Assembly: GCA_965215565.1 (NCBI GenBank)
Contig: CBDCDZ010000004.1
Coordinates: forward strand, 2,624,001 to 2,688,000
Length of the DNA stretch: 64,000 nt
Source: Trueperaceae bacterium
Lineage (GTDB): Bacteria; Deinococcota; Deinococci; Deinococcales; Trueperaceae
Reading direction: 5' to 3'
Shown here: one piece after another, positions 10,301 to 19,723 of the stretch
Numbering within the stretch: the first letter of the stretch is position 1
Layout of the letters: every line of letters starts with the position of its first letter
Notes under the pieces: generated by a model
Database searches by the model: none
What the model saw: only the letters and a program-made list of their open reading frames with translations
What the model was told of the DNA's origin: nothing
Translations under genes and position numbers: made by a program

Positions 10301-10434
10301 TAGCAGTTCCAAGACATACTGAGACGGATGAGCGCAGGTATCATCATCGAATGTGGGTGCTAGTTAGGCACTTTTCGCAAAGCGAAACGTCGTTTCATCT
10401 AGTGAGCGTGTCTCAAACCAGATGATACCTGCTA
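10301..10434 (-). repeat. Family A element, inverted copy
   Basis: TAGCAGTTCCAAGACATACTGAGAC...CCAGATGATACCTGCTA. Confidence 0.9.
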
Positions 10435-10437
10435 CTG

Positions 10438-11175
10438 CTAATACGCCACCATACCCCCGTCCACCGCGAGCGTCTGTCCATTGACATACGCCGCGTCTTC
10501 GCTCACTAAGAAAGCGACGACTTTAGCGACCTCTTCCGGTGAGCCGAAGCGCCCCGCCGGAATCTGCCCCAGGTAGCGTGCTTTAAGCTCGTCTGAAAGT
10601 TCTTCGGTCATGTCCGAGGCGATAAAGCCCGGCGCGACCGCGTTCGCCGTGACGCCCTTGCCGCCATACTCCTTGGCGAGCGCCTTGGTGAGACCCAAAA
10701 GCCCCGCTTTGGCGGTGACGTAATTCGCCTGCCCGACGTTGCCCATGATGCCCACTACCGATGAGATATTCACGACGCGCCCCCACTTGCCGCGCACCAT
10801 GCCGCGCAGCGCCGCTTTGGTGAGGTGAAAGGCGCTCGAGAGGTCCGTGTCGATCACGTCCGTCCAATCTTGCGCTTTCATGCGCATGGCGAGACCGTCT
10901 TTGGTGATACCCGCGTTGTTGACCAAGATATCCAGTCCGCCGAACGCCCCGCTGACCTCTTTAATCAACGTCTGGCACGCCTCGGAGTCCGCGATATCGG
11001 CGCTGAAAACTTCGGCGTTTACGCCCGCGTCTCGTGCGAGCTTAGCGACCTCTTCGGCGGGCTCCGCCCTTCGGACGTAGTGCACGGCGATATCATGACC
11101 TTTTCGCGCCAACTCGAGCGCCATCGCCCGCCCTAAACCGCGACTCGAGCCCGTCACCAGCGCCGTCCGCGTCAC
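10438..11175 (-). CDS. fabG: 3-oxoacyl-ACP reductase
   Basis: TGSSRGLG, NNAGIT, YVTAK; fab operon context. Confidence 0.96.
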   Translation of the reverse strand: MTRTALVTGSSRGLGRAMALELARKGHDIAVHYVRRAEPAEEVAKLARDAGVNAEVFSADIADSEACQTLIKEVSGAFGGLDILVNNAGITKDGLAMRMKAQDWTDVIDTDLSSAFHLTKAALRGMVRGKWGRVVNISSVVGIMGNVGQANYVTAKAGLLGLTKALAKEYGGKGVTANAVAPGFIASDMTEELSDELKARYLGQIPAGRFGSPEEVAKVVAFLVSEDAAYVNGQTLAVDGGMVAY

Positions 11176-12101
11176 CTTGCGACCTCTTGTAAGTTGGCTA
11201 AAGTGTCAGCGTCATAGACAGGGTGCGCTTCCGCCGTTTTATCCACCCGCTTGACGAGCCCGGCTAGGACCTTGCCCGAGCCGAACTCTAAAAACGTCGT
11301 CACGCCCAGACGCTGCAAGCGTTGCACCAGTTCAACCCAGCGCACCGCCCGCGTCACCTGCTCCTCTAAAAGCTGCGGCGCGCGGCTCACATCCGCTATA
11401 ACGTCCGCCGTGACATTGCTGAGCACCGGAAACGAGGGCGTATGAAACTCGGTCTCTTTGAGAATCACAGCGAGCTTGTCCGCCGCGGGCTTCATCAAGC
11501 GGCAGTGAAAGGGCGCGGAGACGTTGAGAGGAATGACTCTCGCCCGCACCTCTTTAAGCTTTTCGCTCGCCTTCTCGACGGCGTCACGTTCACCGGAAAT
11601 CACCGTTTGCTCGGGTGAGTTGTAGTTCGCCACCTCTACAATCCCGCCAGAGTCCGCCGCAACCTCTTCGCAGACCTCTTTCACCTGCGCTGCGTTCACT
11701 TTGAGCACCGCCGCCATCGCACCCTCGCCTTCGGGCACGGCGTCTTGCATGTACTGTCCGCGCTTACGCACCAGTTTGAGGGCGTCCTCGAGCTTAACGG
11801 ACCCCGCCGCCACGTGCGCCGTAAATTCACCTAAGCTGTGTCCCGCCGCGTAGCGAGGCCTCTCTCCGCCCGCCTCGACAAATGCCGCGAACGCCGCCGC
11901 GCCCGCCGCGACGAGCGCGGGTTGCTGGTTGGCGGTGAGCTTGAGCGTGTCCTCGGGACCCTCCCACATAATCTTTAAGAGTCCGGGCAGGGCGGCTTCG
12001 GCTCTGTCTAAGATGGACTTGGCGGCGGGACTCGAGTCGTAAAATCCCTGCGCCATCCCTACCGCCTGTGAGTTCTGCCCCGGAAAGAGCGCCGCAATCA
12101 T
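11172..12101 (-). CDS. fabD: Malonyl-CoA:ACP transacylase
   Basis: FPGQNSQ, GHSLGE, SAPFH; ATG overlaps the fabH stop. Confidence 0.96.
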   Translation of the reverse strand: MIAALFPGQNSQAVGMAQGFYDSSPAAKSILDRAEAALPGLLKIMWEGPEDTLKLTANQQPALVAAGAAAFAAFVEAGGERPRYAAGHSLGEFTAHVAAGSVKLEDALKLVRKRGQYMQDAVPEGEGAMAAVLKVNAAQVKEVCEEVAADSGGIVEVANYNSPEQTVISGERDAVEKASEKLKEVRARVIPLNVSAPFHCRLMKPAADKLAVILKETEFHTPSFPVLSNVTADVIADVSRAPQLLEEQVTRAVRWVELVQRLQRLGVTTFLEFGSGKVLAGLVKRVDKTAEAHPVYDADTLANLQEVAR

Positions 12102-13108
12102 GCCGCCTCCATGAGCCCGCCCCAAGTGATGACGCTGGACGCCCACGTCAGCCCTGCTCCGAACGCGACGAGGAGCAGTTTATCGCCTTCTCGAATACGC
12201 CCACCATCGAGCGCGTGTTTGAGCGCCAAAGGGATGCTCGCCGTCGAGACGTTGCCGTATTCGTCCACCGTCACCACGACGCGCTCTTCGGGGAGTTCCA
12301 AACGCTCCCGCGCCGCTTTGATAATGCGCAAGTTCGCCTGATGCGGCACGAAAAGCGAAATGTCGTCCGGTGTGAGCCCCGCTCTTTTAATGGCGTCTAA
12401 TGAGGCGCTCTGCATGACGCGCACCGCGAACTTAAACACCTCTGCGCCGTTCTGGTAGATGTGGTTCGTTATCTTTGTTCCGTCAGGCAAGCACGGCGCA
12501 ACCGCTTTGGCGTGTAAGAACTTGCCGCCCGAGCCGTCCGCCCCCAACACGAAGGAGGAAAACCCATAAGGTTCCGGCACTGCTTCGATGATGGCTGCGC
12601 CCGCCGCGTCACCGAAGAGAACAGCGGTGCTGCGGTCCTCCCAGTCCACGAGCTTGGTGAGCGCCTCCGCGCCGACGGCTAAGACCTTTTTGCAAATCCC
12701 CGCCTCGACGTAGCCCTTCGCTACCGAGAGCGCGTAAAGCCAACCCGGGCACGCCGCCAAGAGGTCGAACGCGCCCGCGTCTAAATTAAAGCGGTTTTGC
12801 ACGATAGCCGCCGTCGAGGGAAAGAGCGCGTCGGGCGTGTTCGTCGCCACGATGACCATATCCACGCCCTCTAAGCTCGCCGCGCCGTGCCGACAGCGCA
12901 AATCTTCGACGCTTCTTATCGCCAAGTGAGAAGTGAACTCCTGCTCCGCCGCGACATGCCGCCGCTTGATACCCGTGCGCGCCGTAATCCACTCGTCGGA
13001 GGTGTCCATCATCGCTTCTAAATCTTTGTTGCTGAGGATTTCCTCGGGGGCGTACGCGCCTAGCGCACTGATGCCGGCCCGCGCCTTGTTGAAACTTGAA
13101 TGAGTCAC
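12098..13108 (-). CDS. fabH: 3-oxoacyl-ACP synthase III
   Basis: AACPG, PHQAN, YGNVS catalytic triad. Confidence 0.96.
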   Translation of the reverse strand: MTHSSFNKARAGISALGAYAPEEILSNKDLEAMMDTSDEWITARTGIKRRHVAAEQEFTSHLAIRSVEDLRCRHGAASLEGVDMVIVATNTPDALFPSTAAIVQNRFNLDAGAFDLLAACPGWLYALSVAKGYVEAGICKKVLAVGAEALTKLVDWEDRSTAVLFGDAAGAAIIEAVPEPYGFSSFVLGADGSGGKFLHAKAVAPCLPDGTKITNHIYQNGAEVFKFAVRVMQSASLDAIKRAGLTPDDISLFVPHQANLRIIKAARERLELPEERVVVTVDEYGNVSTASIPLALKHALDGGRIREGDKLLLVAFGAGLTWASSVITWGGLMEAA

Positions 13109-13212
13109 GAAATCACGTCCGCTCGTCTAAAGATAGGGCATGTTATACCAAACTAGTTTGAGTGTGTCACTCATACGCTGCATCTGGTGGCGCTTGTACT
13201 CTACACTTGAGG

Positions 13213-13306
13213 GAGCAATGAGGAACGAGCAATGAGTGAAAATCTTTAGACTCATTGCTCGTTACGGGCGAGCCCTGTCGTTTCATTGCTTTCAACTCAT
13301 TGCTTC
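13213..13306. repeat. Heptamer (AGCAATG / CATTGCT) inverted repeat cluster
   Basis: A related cluster lies at 58745-58826. Confidence 0.7.
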
Positions 13307-13362
13307 CTTAGCCATAAAAAAAGAGGCTGCCAAGCAACCTCTTACGTCAACAAGCTAGATAT

Positions 13363-13554
13363 TTAGTAATTATCAACGTCTAAAACTTGCTTACCACCGT
13401 ACGAGCCGCAGTGCGGACAAACGACGTGGCTGGGCTTGAGTTCGCTGCACTGGGCGCAGGAGACGAGGTTGGGCCCTGAGAGGGAATCGTGGGCACGCCT
13501 CGAGTCGCGTCTCGCTTTGGACATGCGTTTTTTGGGTACGGGATGCTTCGCCAT
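13363..13554 (-). CDS. rpmF: 50S ribosomal protein L32
   Basis: MAKHPVPKKRMSKARRDSRR, two CxxC motifs. Confidence 0.97.
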   Translation of the reverse strand: MAKHPVPKKRMSKARRDSRRAHDSLSGPNLVSCAQCSELKPSHVVCPHCGSYGGKQVLDVDNY

Positions 13555-13590
13555 GACAAACTCCTTTTACTTCTTTATCCTTAAACCTCT

Positions 13591-14154
13591 CTAGTTGTTG
13601 AGGTCCAAATCTTTCAAAACAGAGAAGGGTGATTCGGGCTGTTGGGCCTTGACGGGCGCTTCGTGATCGGGATGATCGTTCAGATTGACGCCGTCGAGCG
13701 AGAGCCCCTTGCAGGTCTCCTTACAGAGTACCGTAAGTGGCAGGTCAATAGCAAAAATTTGCGCTAAAAGTGGGGCAAAATCCACCTCTGGCTTGCCAAA
13801 GATGAGCATATCGTCTTCATCTTCGGACTCTTTTAGGGTCAAGTTGCCGTTGCCCGCTTTGTACGCCATCGGGTAAACGAGGTCGGTGCGGAGCGTCGTC
13901 GCCACGTCTGTTAAGCAGCGGCGGCACTCCTGCACGGCCGTACCGGAAACATCCCCCATCAAGAGGTAATCGTCATCACCACCCGTAGAGCGCACGCTGA
14001 GGTGCCACTCCAAGGGCGTCTCGAGCCTCAGCCCATCCGCCTCTAAAAGCGCCTCGTCTGGCATGAGCAGCCCGTCACCCTCAACCTCGCCCCCCGCGTC
14101 GGGGTCTTGCTTGAGCAAACTCGCTAAGTTGAGAATCGCATCTTGCCTAGACAT
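13591..14154 (-). CDS. yceD: DUF177/YceD family protein
   Basis: ECRRCL, LCKETCKGL; directly upstream of rpmF. Confidence 0.9.
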   Translation of the reverse strand: MSRQDAILNLASLLKQDPDAGGEVEGDGLLMPDEALLEADGLRLETPLEWHLSVRSTGGDDDYLLMGDVSGTAVQECRRCLTDVATTLRTDLVYPMAYKAGNGNLTLKESEDEDDMLIFGKPEVDFAPLLAQIFAIDLPLTVLCKETCKGLSLDGVNLNDHPDHEAPVKAQQPESPFSVLKDLDLNN

Positions 14155-14270
14155 CCCATTAGATTAAGGGCTTACAGCACAGGGTGTCAAGGCGTGGTGA
14201 GACAGGGGAAAGCAGTAGTCGAGTAGTCAGAATCCAGTAGGTTTTCATGCTGAATTCTGACTACTGCCTT

Positions 14271-15308
14271 TTACGCTCCCACCACCTCTTTCGCCTTGAA
14301 GAGTTTGTTGTACTCTCTCGCTTCGCGCCCTTCCCAGCCGCGCTTGTGATAGGCGTAGCCAGCAATGAGAGGCAGCGTCACCGTCGCCTCGCCGTAGACC
14401 ATCTGCTCATACGCCAAGTCCACCTTGCCCCACGAGTTCGCCTCTTTAAGTGTCGAGCCGGAGAGTGCGCCGTCGCGCTCGTCGGCGACGGTGAGTTGCA
14501 CAGCGTAGCGGTGCATCGCCGCGTCATGACCTAAAAACTCGGCGGAGACGACGATGTCTTGCACGAAGTTTTTAGGCACGCCGCCACCAATCATAAAGAT
14601 GCCCGTCGTCCCTTGCGCGATTTTGACTTGAGTGAGTTCGCGGAAGTCTTTCACCGAATCGATGGAGACGTGCGCGTCGGGGTTGTGCGTTTGGTGGAAC
14701 ACAAGCCCAAAACCCGCCGAGCAGTCGCTGAAGGCAGGGACGAAGATAGGAACGTCACGTTCGAAACACTCGCGGACGATGGAGTCTTGTCCTAAATTGT
14801 TCTGGACGAGGTAGCGCCCCATTTCCACGATGAACTCGCGGGAGCTGTACGCGCCTGGCTCCATACCGTCTGCAATCTGCCGAACCGTGTCGTCGCAGAC
14901 GCGCAACTCCTCTTCGTTGATGTACGTATCGTAAATTCGGTCAATCGCGAGTTCGCGCAGGGTGTTATCATCCGCCGCCGTGTCGCCCTGATAGTGCTTG
15001 TAGCCGAGCCCCTCGAAGAAGTCCTGGTCTACGATGTTTGCGCCCGTCGCGACGATGGCGTCCACCATGTTGTTGCGGATAAGGTCTAAAACGACGAGCT
15101 TTTGCCCCGCCGAGACGATGCTGCCCGCGAGCGTCAAGACGATGCCCGCGTCCTCGTCGCGAATCATCAGGTCGTAAATACTTGCGGCGCGTGCGAGCGT
15201 CCGCGCGGAGAAAGCAGTTTTGCCCATCGCCTCGACTAAGGGGACGACGTTCGTTTCTTTGATGTCGATATGTTCGACGGTGTCTTTGAGGAAGTCTTGT
15301 TTTTGCAT
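14271..15308 (-). CDS. Deoxyhypusine synthase-like protein (probable homospermidine synthase)
   Basis: ATGAN, IDRIYD, GGGVPKNF, DGALSGSTLKEANSWGK. Confidence 0.9.
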   Translation of the reverse strand: MQKQDFLKDTVEHIDIKETNVVPLVEAMGKTAFSARTLARAASIYDLMIRDEDAGIVLTLAGSIVSAGQKLVVLDLIRNNMVDAIVATGANIVDQDFFEGLGYKHYQGDTAADDNTLRELAIDRIYDTYINEEELRVCDDTVRQIADGMEPGAYSSREFIVEMGRYLVQNNLGQDSIVRECFERDVPIFVPAFSDCSAGFGLVFHQTHNPDAHVSIDSVKDFRELTQVKIAQGTTGIFMIGGGVPKNFVQDIVVSAEFLGHDAAMHRYAVQLTVADERDGALSGSTLKEANSWGKVDLAYEQMVYGEATVTLPLIAGYAYHKRGWEGREAREYNKLFKAKEVVGA

Positions 15309-15349
15309 TTTTTAGCCTCCAAATGAACTTGAGAATCTGTTCAAACTGT

Positions 15350-15494
15350 CCGTGGCTAAAGAGGTGGGAAAAGAAAAAGACCACGGTATTTTGGAGTCCT
15401 ACGGCTCTTACTCGAATATTTAAGCGAAAGAGCCGCCATCGGTACTCCCCGTGGCTAGTCTGTCAATCATGAAGGGTTGGCGGGGAAAAATCAA
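15350..15494 (-). promoter_or_regulatory. Promoter (TTGATT-N17-CATGAT) and structured 5' leader/attenuator of the DHS-like gene
   Basis: Three nested helices followed by a U-rich tract, plus an alternative pairing partner (see findings). Confidence 0.55.
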
Positions 15495-15540
15495 GAGGTT
15501 GCCAGACGAAAGAAGGTTTCGCTAGCACGGTTGGAACAAG

Positions 15541-16317
15541 CTAAGTCAGTGTGATCTGCACAGGCCCCAACCCCACCCCCTCCGCCACCGCCGTATAACT
15601 TTCCCTTGCCTGAACGGGCATCGGCGTCGCAAACGTCCCCGTCGTAATGATGTCCCCCGCTCGAAGCGAATCCGAGCGTTCGTCCAACAGGTTAAGCAGC
15701 CCCTCGAGCGCGTTCAGCGGACTCCCCATCACGTCCGCCCCGCTCCCCTGCGCAACCTCTTCACCCTCTTTGAAGAGCGTCACGCGGACCTGCTCGAGTG
15801 CACCCTTCAATCTCTCCTTGCGCTCCTGCGTCACGACGAGCGGCTGCCCTACGATGAGCGCCGCGTGCAGACCGAAATCCGCCACCGCGTCGGCGGGTTT
15901 GAAGTTCCAATCTGGATAGTGGCAATCGACGACCTCATACCCTAGCGCGAGCCACTCGATATTGTCCAAAAGGTCAGCCTCGCCGCCGCGCCAGCGAAAG
16001 ATGATTTCGGGCTCGAGCTTAGGCGCAGCCGTTCCCTCCAAAGAGAGGCGTATCTCGCCATCTTGGGCGTAATGTGCCGTGTCAGAGTATATGTAACCCC
16101 ACACGGGCGCGTCCAAGCCTAGCTTGTCCCAGGCTGCTGTATTGGTCAGCCCGATTTTGCGCCCGATGACCTCATGACCTTGGGCGACGCGCCGCCGCAT
16201 AAGTTCGTCGGCGACGTCGTACGCGGCGGAGAGGTCAAAGTCCCCGTCAGAAGAAGGCGGGGTGAGGAAGGTGGCGTTCTTTCGGGCGTTCATAAGGTCG
16301 TCGGCGAGTTGGGTCAT
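15541..16317 (-). CDS. 2-keto-4-pentenoate hydratase / FAH family protein
   Basis: GRKIGLT, PKLEPEI, EVVD, GDIITTGT. Confidence 0.88.
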   Translation of the reverse strand: MTQLADDLMNARKNATFLTPPSSDGDFDLSAAYDVADELMRRRVAQGHEVIGRKIGLTNTAAWDKLGLDAPVWGYIYSDTAHYAQDGEIRLSLEGTAAPKLEPEIIFRWRGGEADLLDNIEWLALGYEVVDCHYPDWNFKPADAVADFGLHAALIVGQPLVVTQERKERLKGALEQVRVTLFKEGEEVAQGSGADVMGSPLNALEGLLNLLDERSDSLRAGDIITTGTFATPMPVQARESYTAVAEGVGLGPVQITLT

Positions 16318-16375
16318 GGGTTCATCTTGCGCGAACGCTTCCCCTAAGTCAACAGGTGAGGGAAAGAGGGTAGTA

Positions 16376-16477
16376 TAGCAAGTATCATTTGGTTTGAGCC
16401 AATCTGAGAAGAGAAAACACGCTCTAGCACTCACTTAATTGTGATGATACTTGCGTGATTCACGCTCAGTACTTATG
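16376..16477 (+). repeat. Family A element, degenerate copy
   Basis: TAGCAAGTATCATTTGGTTTGA...GATGATACTTGCG...CTCAGTA. Confidence 0.7.
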
Positions 16478-16549
16478 TCAATTGCTATAGTGAGTTGAAC
16501 GCTGCTACGTGCCCCTCGCTGCTACCTCTACATACTGAACAGGAGGGTG

Positions 16550-16575
16550 AACAAGGGGTTGAAACCCCTTGCTTC
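16550..16575 (+). repeat. REP-like hairpin family B (AACAAGGGGTTNMAACCCCTTGCTTC)
   Basis: Copies at 30045 and 38053. Confidence 0.85.
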
Positions 16576-16607
16576 GACATCAGCGTTTCTGCCTTCTCTA
16601 TATCTGT

Positions 16608-16742
16608 TAGCAGGTATCATCTGGTCCGAAACACTCTCACTTTTGAGAACATCGTACAGCACACACATTTTGAGATGAAATTCCGCTAGTCCTTGCGGAC
16701 AGAGATCTGCGCTCATCCGTCTCAGTATGTTTTGGAACTGCT
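16608..16742 (+). repeat. Family A element
   Basis: Full-length copy carrying the CCGCTAGTCCTTGCGG insert. Confidence 0.9.
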
Positions 16743-16760
16743 GTGTATTCTTCAAATCTT

Positions 16761-17864
16761 CTACGGCGCAAACGTCTCGACTCTTTCGGTGATGCTTTCT
16801 ATAAAGTCCCGCTTCAAGTTTACGCCGATGCCCGGACCTTCAGGGATGTGCTGCACGCCGTCCACTGCGTCTAAAAGGGGTTCTACAATGTCCTCGTCCC
16901 AGTAGCGAGAGGCGCTAGACGTGTCGCCTGGCAGCGTGAAGCCCGCTAGCGAACTGAGGTGGAGGTTGTGCGCCCTACCGACGCCGAGTTCTAACATACC
17001 GCCGCACCATACGGGTGCGCCGAACGAGAGCGCCACGTCGTGCGTGCGCCGCGCGTGGAGATGACCGCGCACCCGCCCAACTTTGACGTTGATCACGCGA
17101 CCCGCGCCCTGCTGCAAGCCTTTGCGGGCGTCCTCGGGGGAGTGGATGGACTCGTCCAGACAGAGCGGCGTCGCGAGTTGGCGCTGAAGCTGGGCGTGGT
17201 CGAAGAGGTCGTCATGTGCCAGCGGTTGCTCGATATAGTCGAGCCCGAGTTCGTCGAGTTGTTGAAAGACCCGCGCATCGGTCAAGGAGTACGCGCTGTT
17301 GGCGTCCACGGTGAGGGGCATGTCGGGCAAGGCGCCCCGAACGGCGCGTAAAGGTTCGACGTCCCAACCCGGCTTGATTTTGAACTTGAGGCGTTTGTAG
17401 CCCTCTTCGGCGTGGGCTTGCGCGAGTTCAACGGTTTCTTCTGCACTTTCTTGAATCCCTAACGACGCGCCCACGGGATGCGCGGTGCGCTCGCCGCCGA
17501 GAAGAACCCAAAGGGGCACGTTCGCCGCTTTCGCCTGCAAGTCCCAAAAGGCTGTCTCCAGGGCCGCCACCGCCATGTTGTGTCCGCGAATCAAGGCCAG
17601 GTCGTTCAGGAGTTGTGCGGGCGTGGTGTAGTCCTTGCCGACGACTTGGGGCAGGATATGTTTTTTGAGAACCAGCCACGCTGTATCCACCGTCTCGTAG
17701 GAATAGCCCGGAACGACGTTGGCGGTGGCTTCGCCGTAGCCTTCTAAGCCTTCGCTGAACACGGTGACGAGCAATTTGCGAAAATGCTGCTCGACGCCGA
17801 AACTCGTCTTGAAGCGGAAGCGCAGCTTGAGGTGTACGGTGCGCAGTTCGATACGCTCGATCAC
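16761..17864 (-). CDS. menC: o-succinylbenzoate synthase / N-acylamino acid racemase (enolase superfamily)
   Basis: KFKIKPG, VDAN, IEQP, LDES, WCGGMLE; GTG start with a GGGAGG RBS. Confidence 0.88.
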   Translation of the reverse strand: MIERIELRTVHLKLRFRFKTSFGVEQHFRKLLVTVFSEGLEGYGEATANVVPGYSYETVDTAWLVLKKHILPQVVGKDYTTPAQLLNDLALIRGHNMAVAALETAFWDLQAKAANVPLWVLLGGERTAHPVGASLGIQESAEETVELAQAHAEEGYKRLKFKIKPGWDVEPLRAVRGALPDMPLTVDANSAYSLTDARVFQQLDELGLDYIEQPLAHDDLFDHAQLQRQLATPLCLDESIHSPEDARKGLQQGAGRVINVKVGRVRGHLHARRTHDVALSFGAPVWCGGMLELGVGRAHNLHLSSLAGFTLPGDTSSASRYWDEDIVEPLLDAVDGVQHIPEGPGIGVNLKRDFIESITERVETFAP

Positions 17865-18200
17865 TAAAAACCTCCCTGCTAAACCTTGGTTTAACCGAAG
17901 CAGCATACCGCTAGCTGGACGCGCTCGTGAGGTTGCCTCGACCTTCTTTCACCTTCCCCAACCCGATTTGCTGTAGGTTGAGCGTGGGGTCAAGGGCGCT
18001 TGCAAACCTGCTTAAGGCAACCTTCCAAGACATCATCCTTTCCTTTGAAGCTGGCGCTACTGTTGGCGTTACGGTGTGAGCCTTTGCCGAGCGGCGCGGC
18101 TCAGCCGCGTTAGAGTGAGGGCTCAGGCGAACGCAGCCGACTCGAATTCGCAACCCAAACCACATTACGAGCAAACCGCATAGAAGCGGAAGAGGAGAGT

Positions 18201-19103
18201 ATGAACCAGGTTACGAGCACTACACCGACAGACGAAGCCGCTAAGGGCCGCCTCCCCGACTTCGTCATCTTGGGCGCGATGAAGTGCGGCACGACGAGCC
18301 TTCACGATTACTTGAACTATCACCCGGACATTGCGATGTCACAGCCCAAGGAGCTGAACTTTTTCGTCGAGCATCAGCGCTGGGAGCGGGGCTTAGTGTG
18401 GTACAAAAGTAACTTCACAGAACCAGATAAGGTCATGGGCGAGTCGTCGCCCAACTACACCCGTTACCCTTTCTTTCCGGGTGTCGCTGAAAAGATGCAC
18501 GCCGTTATGCCGGACGTCAAACTCATCTACTGCGTGCGCGATCCGGTCCGGCGCATGGTGTCGCATTACATCCACGACCACTCGATAGGTGAGCAGGACC
18601 GTCCCTTCGCCGAAGCCGCGCTCGACGAAGCGGAAGCGTACCTCTGGTGCAGCCGCTACTTCTATCAGCTAGAACATTACCTGAAGCTTTATCCGGCTTC
18701 GCAAATCAAGCTCGTCGTCCTAGAAGATATGAAGGAGAAGCCGCAGGAGACGCTCCGCGAGGTGTTCGAGTTTCTGGGCGTCGACGCGAGCTACCAAGAC
18801 GCGCGTTTTACGGAAAATTCGGGCACGATGCCGCCCGCTAAAACGCGGCGGCGCAACCCACTCAAAAGCTGGATGCGGCGCAACAACGTGCGGGGCATGT
18901 ATTGGCTCGAGCGCAACGTCCCCTGGGTCTTCGGCGCGCCGATCAAACAGCCTGAAATTGACGAGGCGCTCCACCAAAAACTGCGCGCGAAGTTGCAGGA
19001 GGACACGCGGGCGCTCCGGGACTTTAGCGGGCTCGAGCTGTCAGGGTGGCGAAGCGTCCCGCCGCAGAAGGGCACGTCGGAAGGGTCCGAACTCGCCGCC
19101 TGA
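18201..19103 (+). CDS. Sulfotransferase family protein
   Basis: PDFVILGAMKCGTTSL (5'-PSB), RDPVRRMVS (3'-PB). Confidence 0.92.
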   Translation: MNQVTSTTPTDEAAKGRLPDFVILGAMKCGTTSLHDYLNYHPDIAMSQPKELNFFVEHQRWERGLVWYKSNFTEPDKVMGESSPNYTRYPFFPGVAEKMHAVMPDVKLIYCVRDPVRRMVSHYIHDHSIGEQDRPFAEAALDEAEAYLWCSRYFYQLEHYLKLYPASQIKLVVLEDMKEKPQETLREVFEFLGVDASYQDARFTENSGTMPPAKTRRRNPLKSWMRRNNVRGMYWLERNVPWVFGAPIKQPEIDEALHQKLRAKLQEDTRALRDFSGLELSGWRSVPPQKGTSEGSELAA

Positions 19104-19204
19104 TGCGGCGACAGCGGGACCACGCGACTTAACTTCGTTCACTCTGACCAGATGATTGAGCGAAGCTATACGAAGTAACCTGCTATATTTAAGCGCGAGA
19201 ATTG

Positions 19205-19546
19205 GTGAAGCGGGGCGAACTTTGGTCGGCAGATTCACCTGATCCTGTCGGCTCCGAACCCGGCTACCGCCGCCCGGTGCTTATCGTTTCAGACGACGCT
19301 TTCAACGAGAGCGCCATCCGCACTGTTCTCGCCCTAAGTGTCACATCCAACCTAAAGCTGCGCCGCGCACCGGGCAACCTCTTTCTCGCCGCACCAGAAA
19401 CAGGGCTAAGCCGCGACTCCGTGCTCAACGTTTCGCAAATTATGACATTGGATAAAGCGTTTTTAGAAGAGCGCATCGGGAGGCTTGCAGAAGATTTACT
19501 CGACCATGTCGAGCGCGGGCTCAAACTCGTTCTCGGTTTAGCCTGA
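19205..19546 (+). CDS. PemK/MazF family endoribonuclease toxin, no intact antitoxin upstream
   Basis: KRGELW, GSEPGYRRPVLIVS, TSN, SQIMTLDK. Confidence 0.9.
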   Translation: MKRGELWSADSPDPVGSEPGYRRPVLIVSDDAFNESAIRTVLALSVTSNLKLRRAPGNLFLAAPETGLSRDSVLNVSQIMTLDKAFLEERIGRLAEDLLDHVERGLKLVLGLA

Positions 19547-19570
19547 GCCTTTTCTACCTCTTGAAGTATC

Positions 19571-19681
19571 TAGCGGTTCCAAGACATACTGAGACAGATG
19601 AGCGCAGGCATCATCACCGAACGTGCGTGCTAGACGCCACTTCGAACAGTGAGGACGTTTCAAACCAGATGATACCTGCCA
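19571..19681 (-). repeat. Family A element, inverted copy
   Basis: TAGCGGTTCCAAGACATACTGAGAC...CCAGATGATACCTGCCA. Confidence 0.9.
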
Positions 19682-19723
19682 ATCATAACGTCATGAGCAT
19701 CAAAGAACCGCAGAGCAGCCCCT

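Noticed and set aside
10235..10434. CRISPR array
   Set aside because: Repeats are 17 nt with 6-9 nt gaps, there are no cas genes in the window, and the motif belongs to a dispersed element.
15430..15460. yybP-ykoY riboswitch (GGGGAGTA)
   Set aside because: Only the first motif resembles it; the other conserved elements are not evident.
16608..16742. Hammerhead ribozyme in family A (GATGA...GAAA-like)
   Set aside because: No CUGAUGA core and no consistent three-stem geometry.
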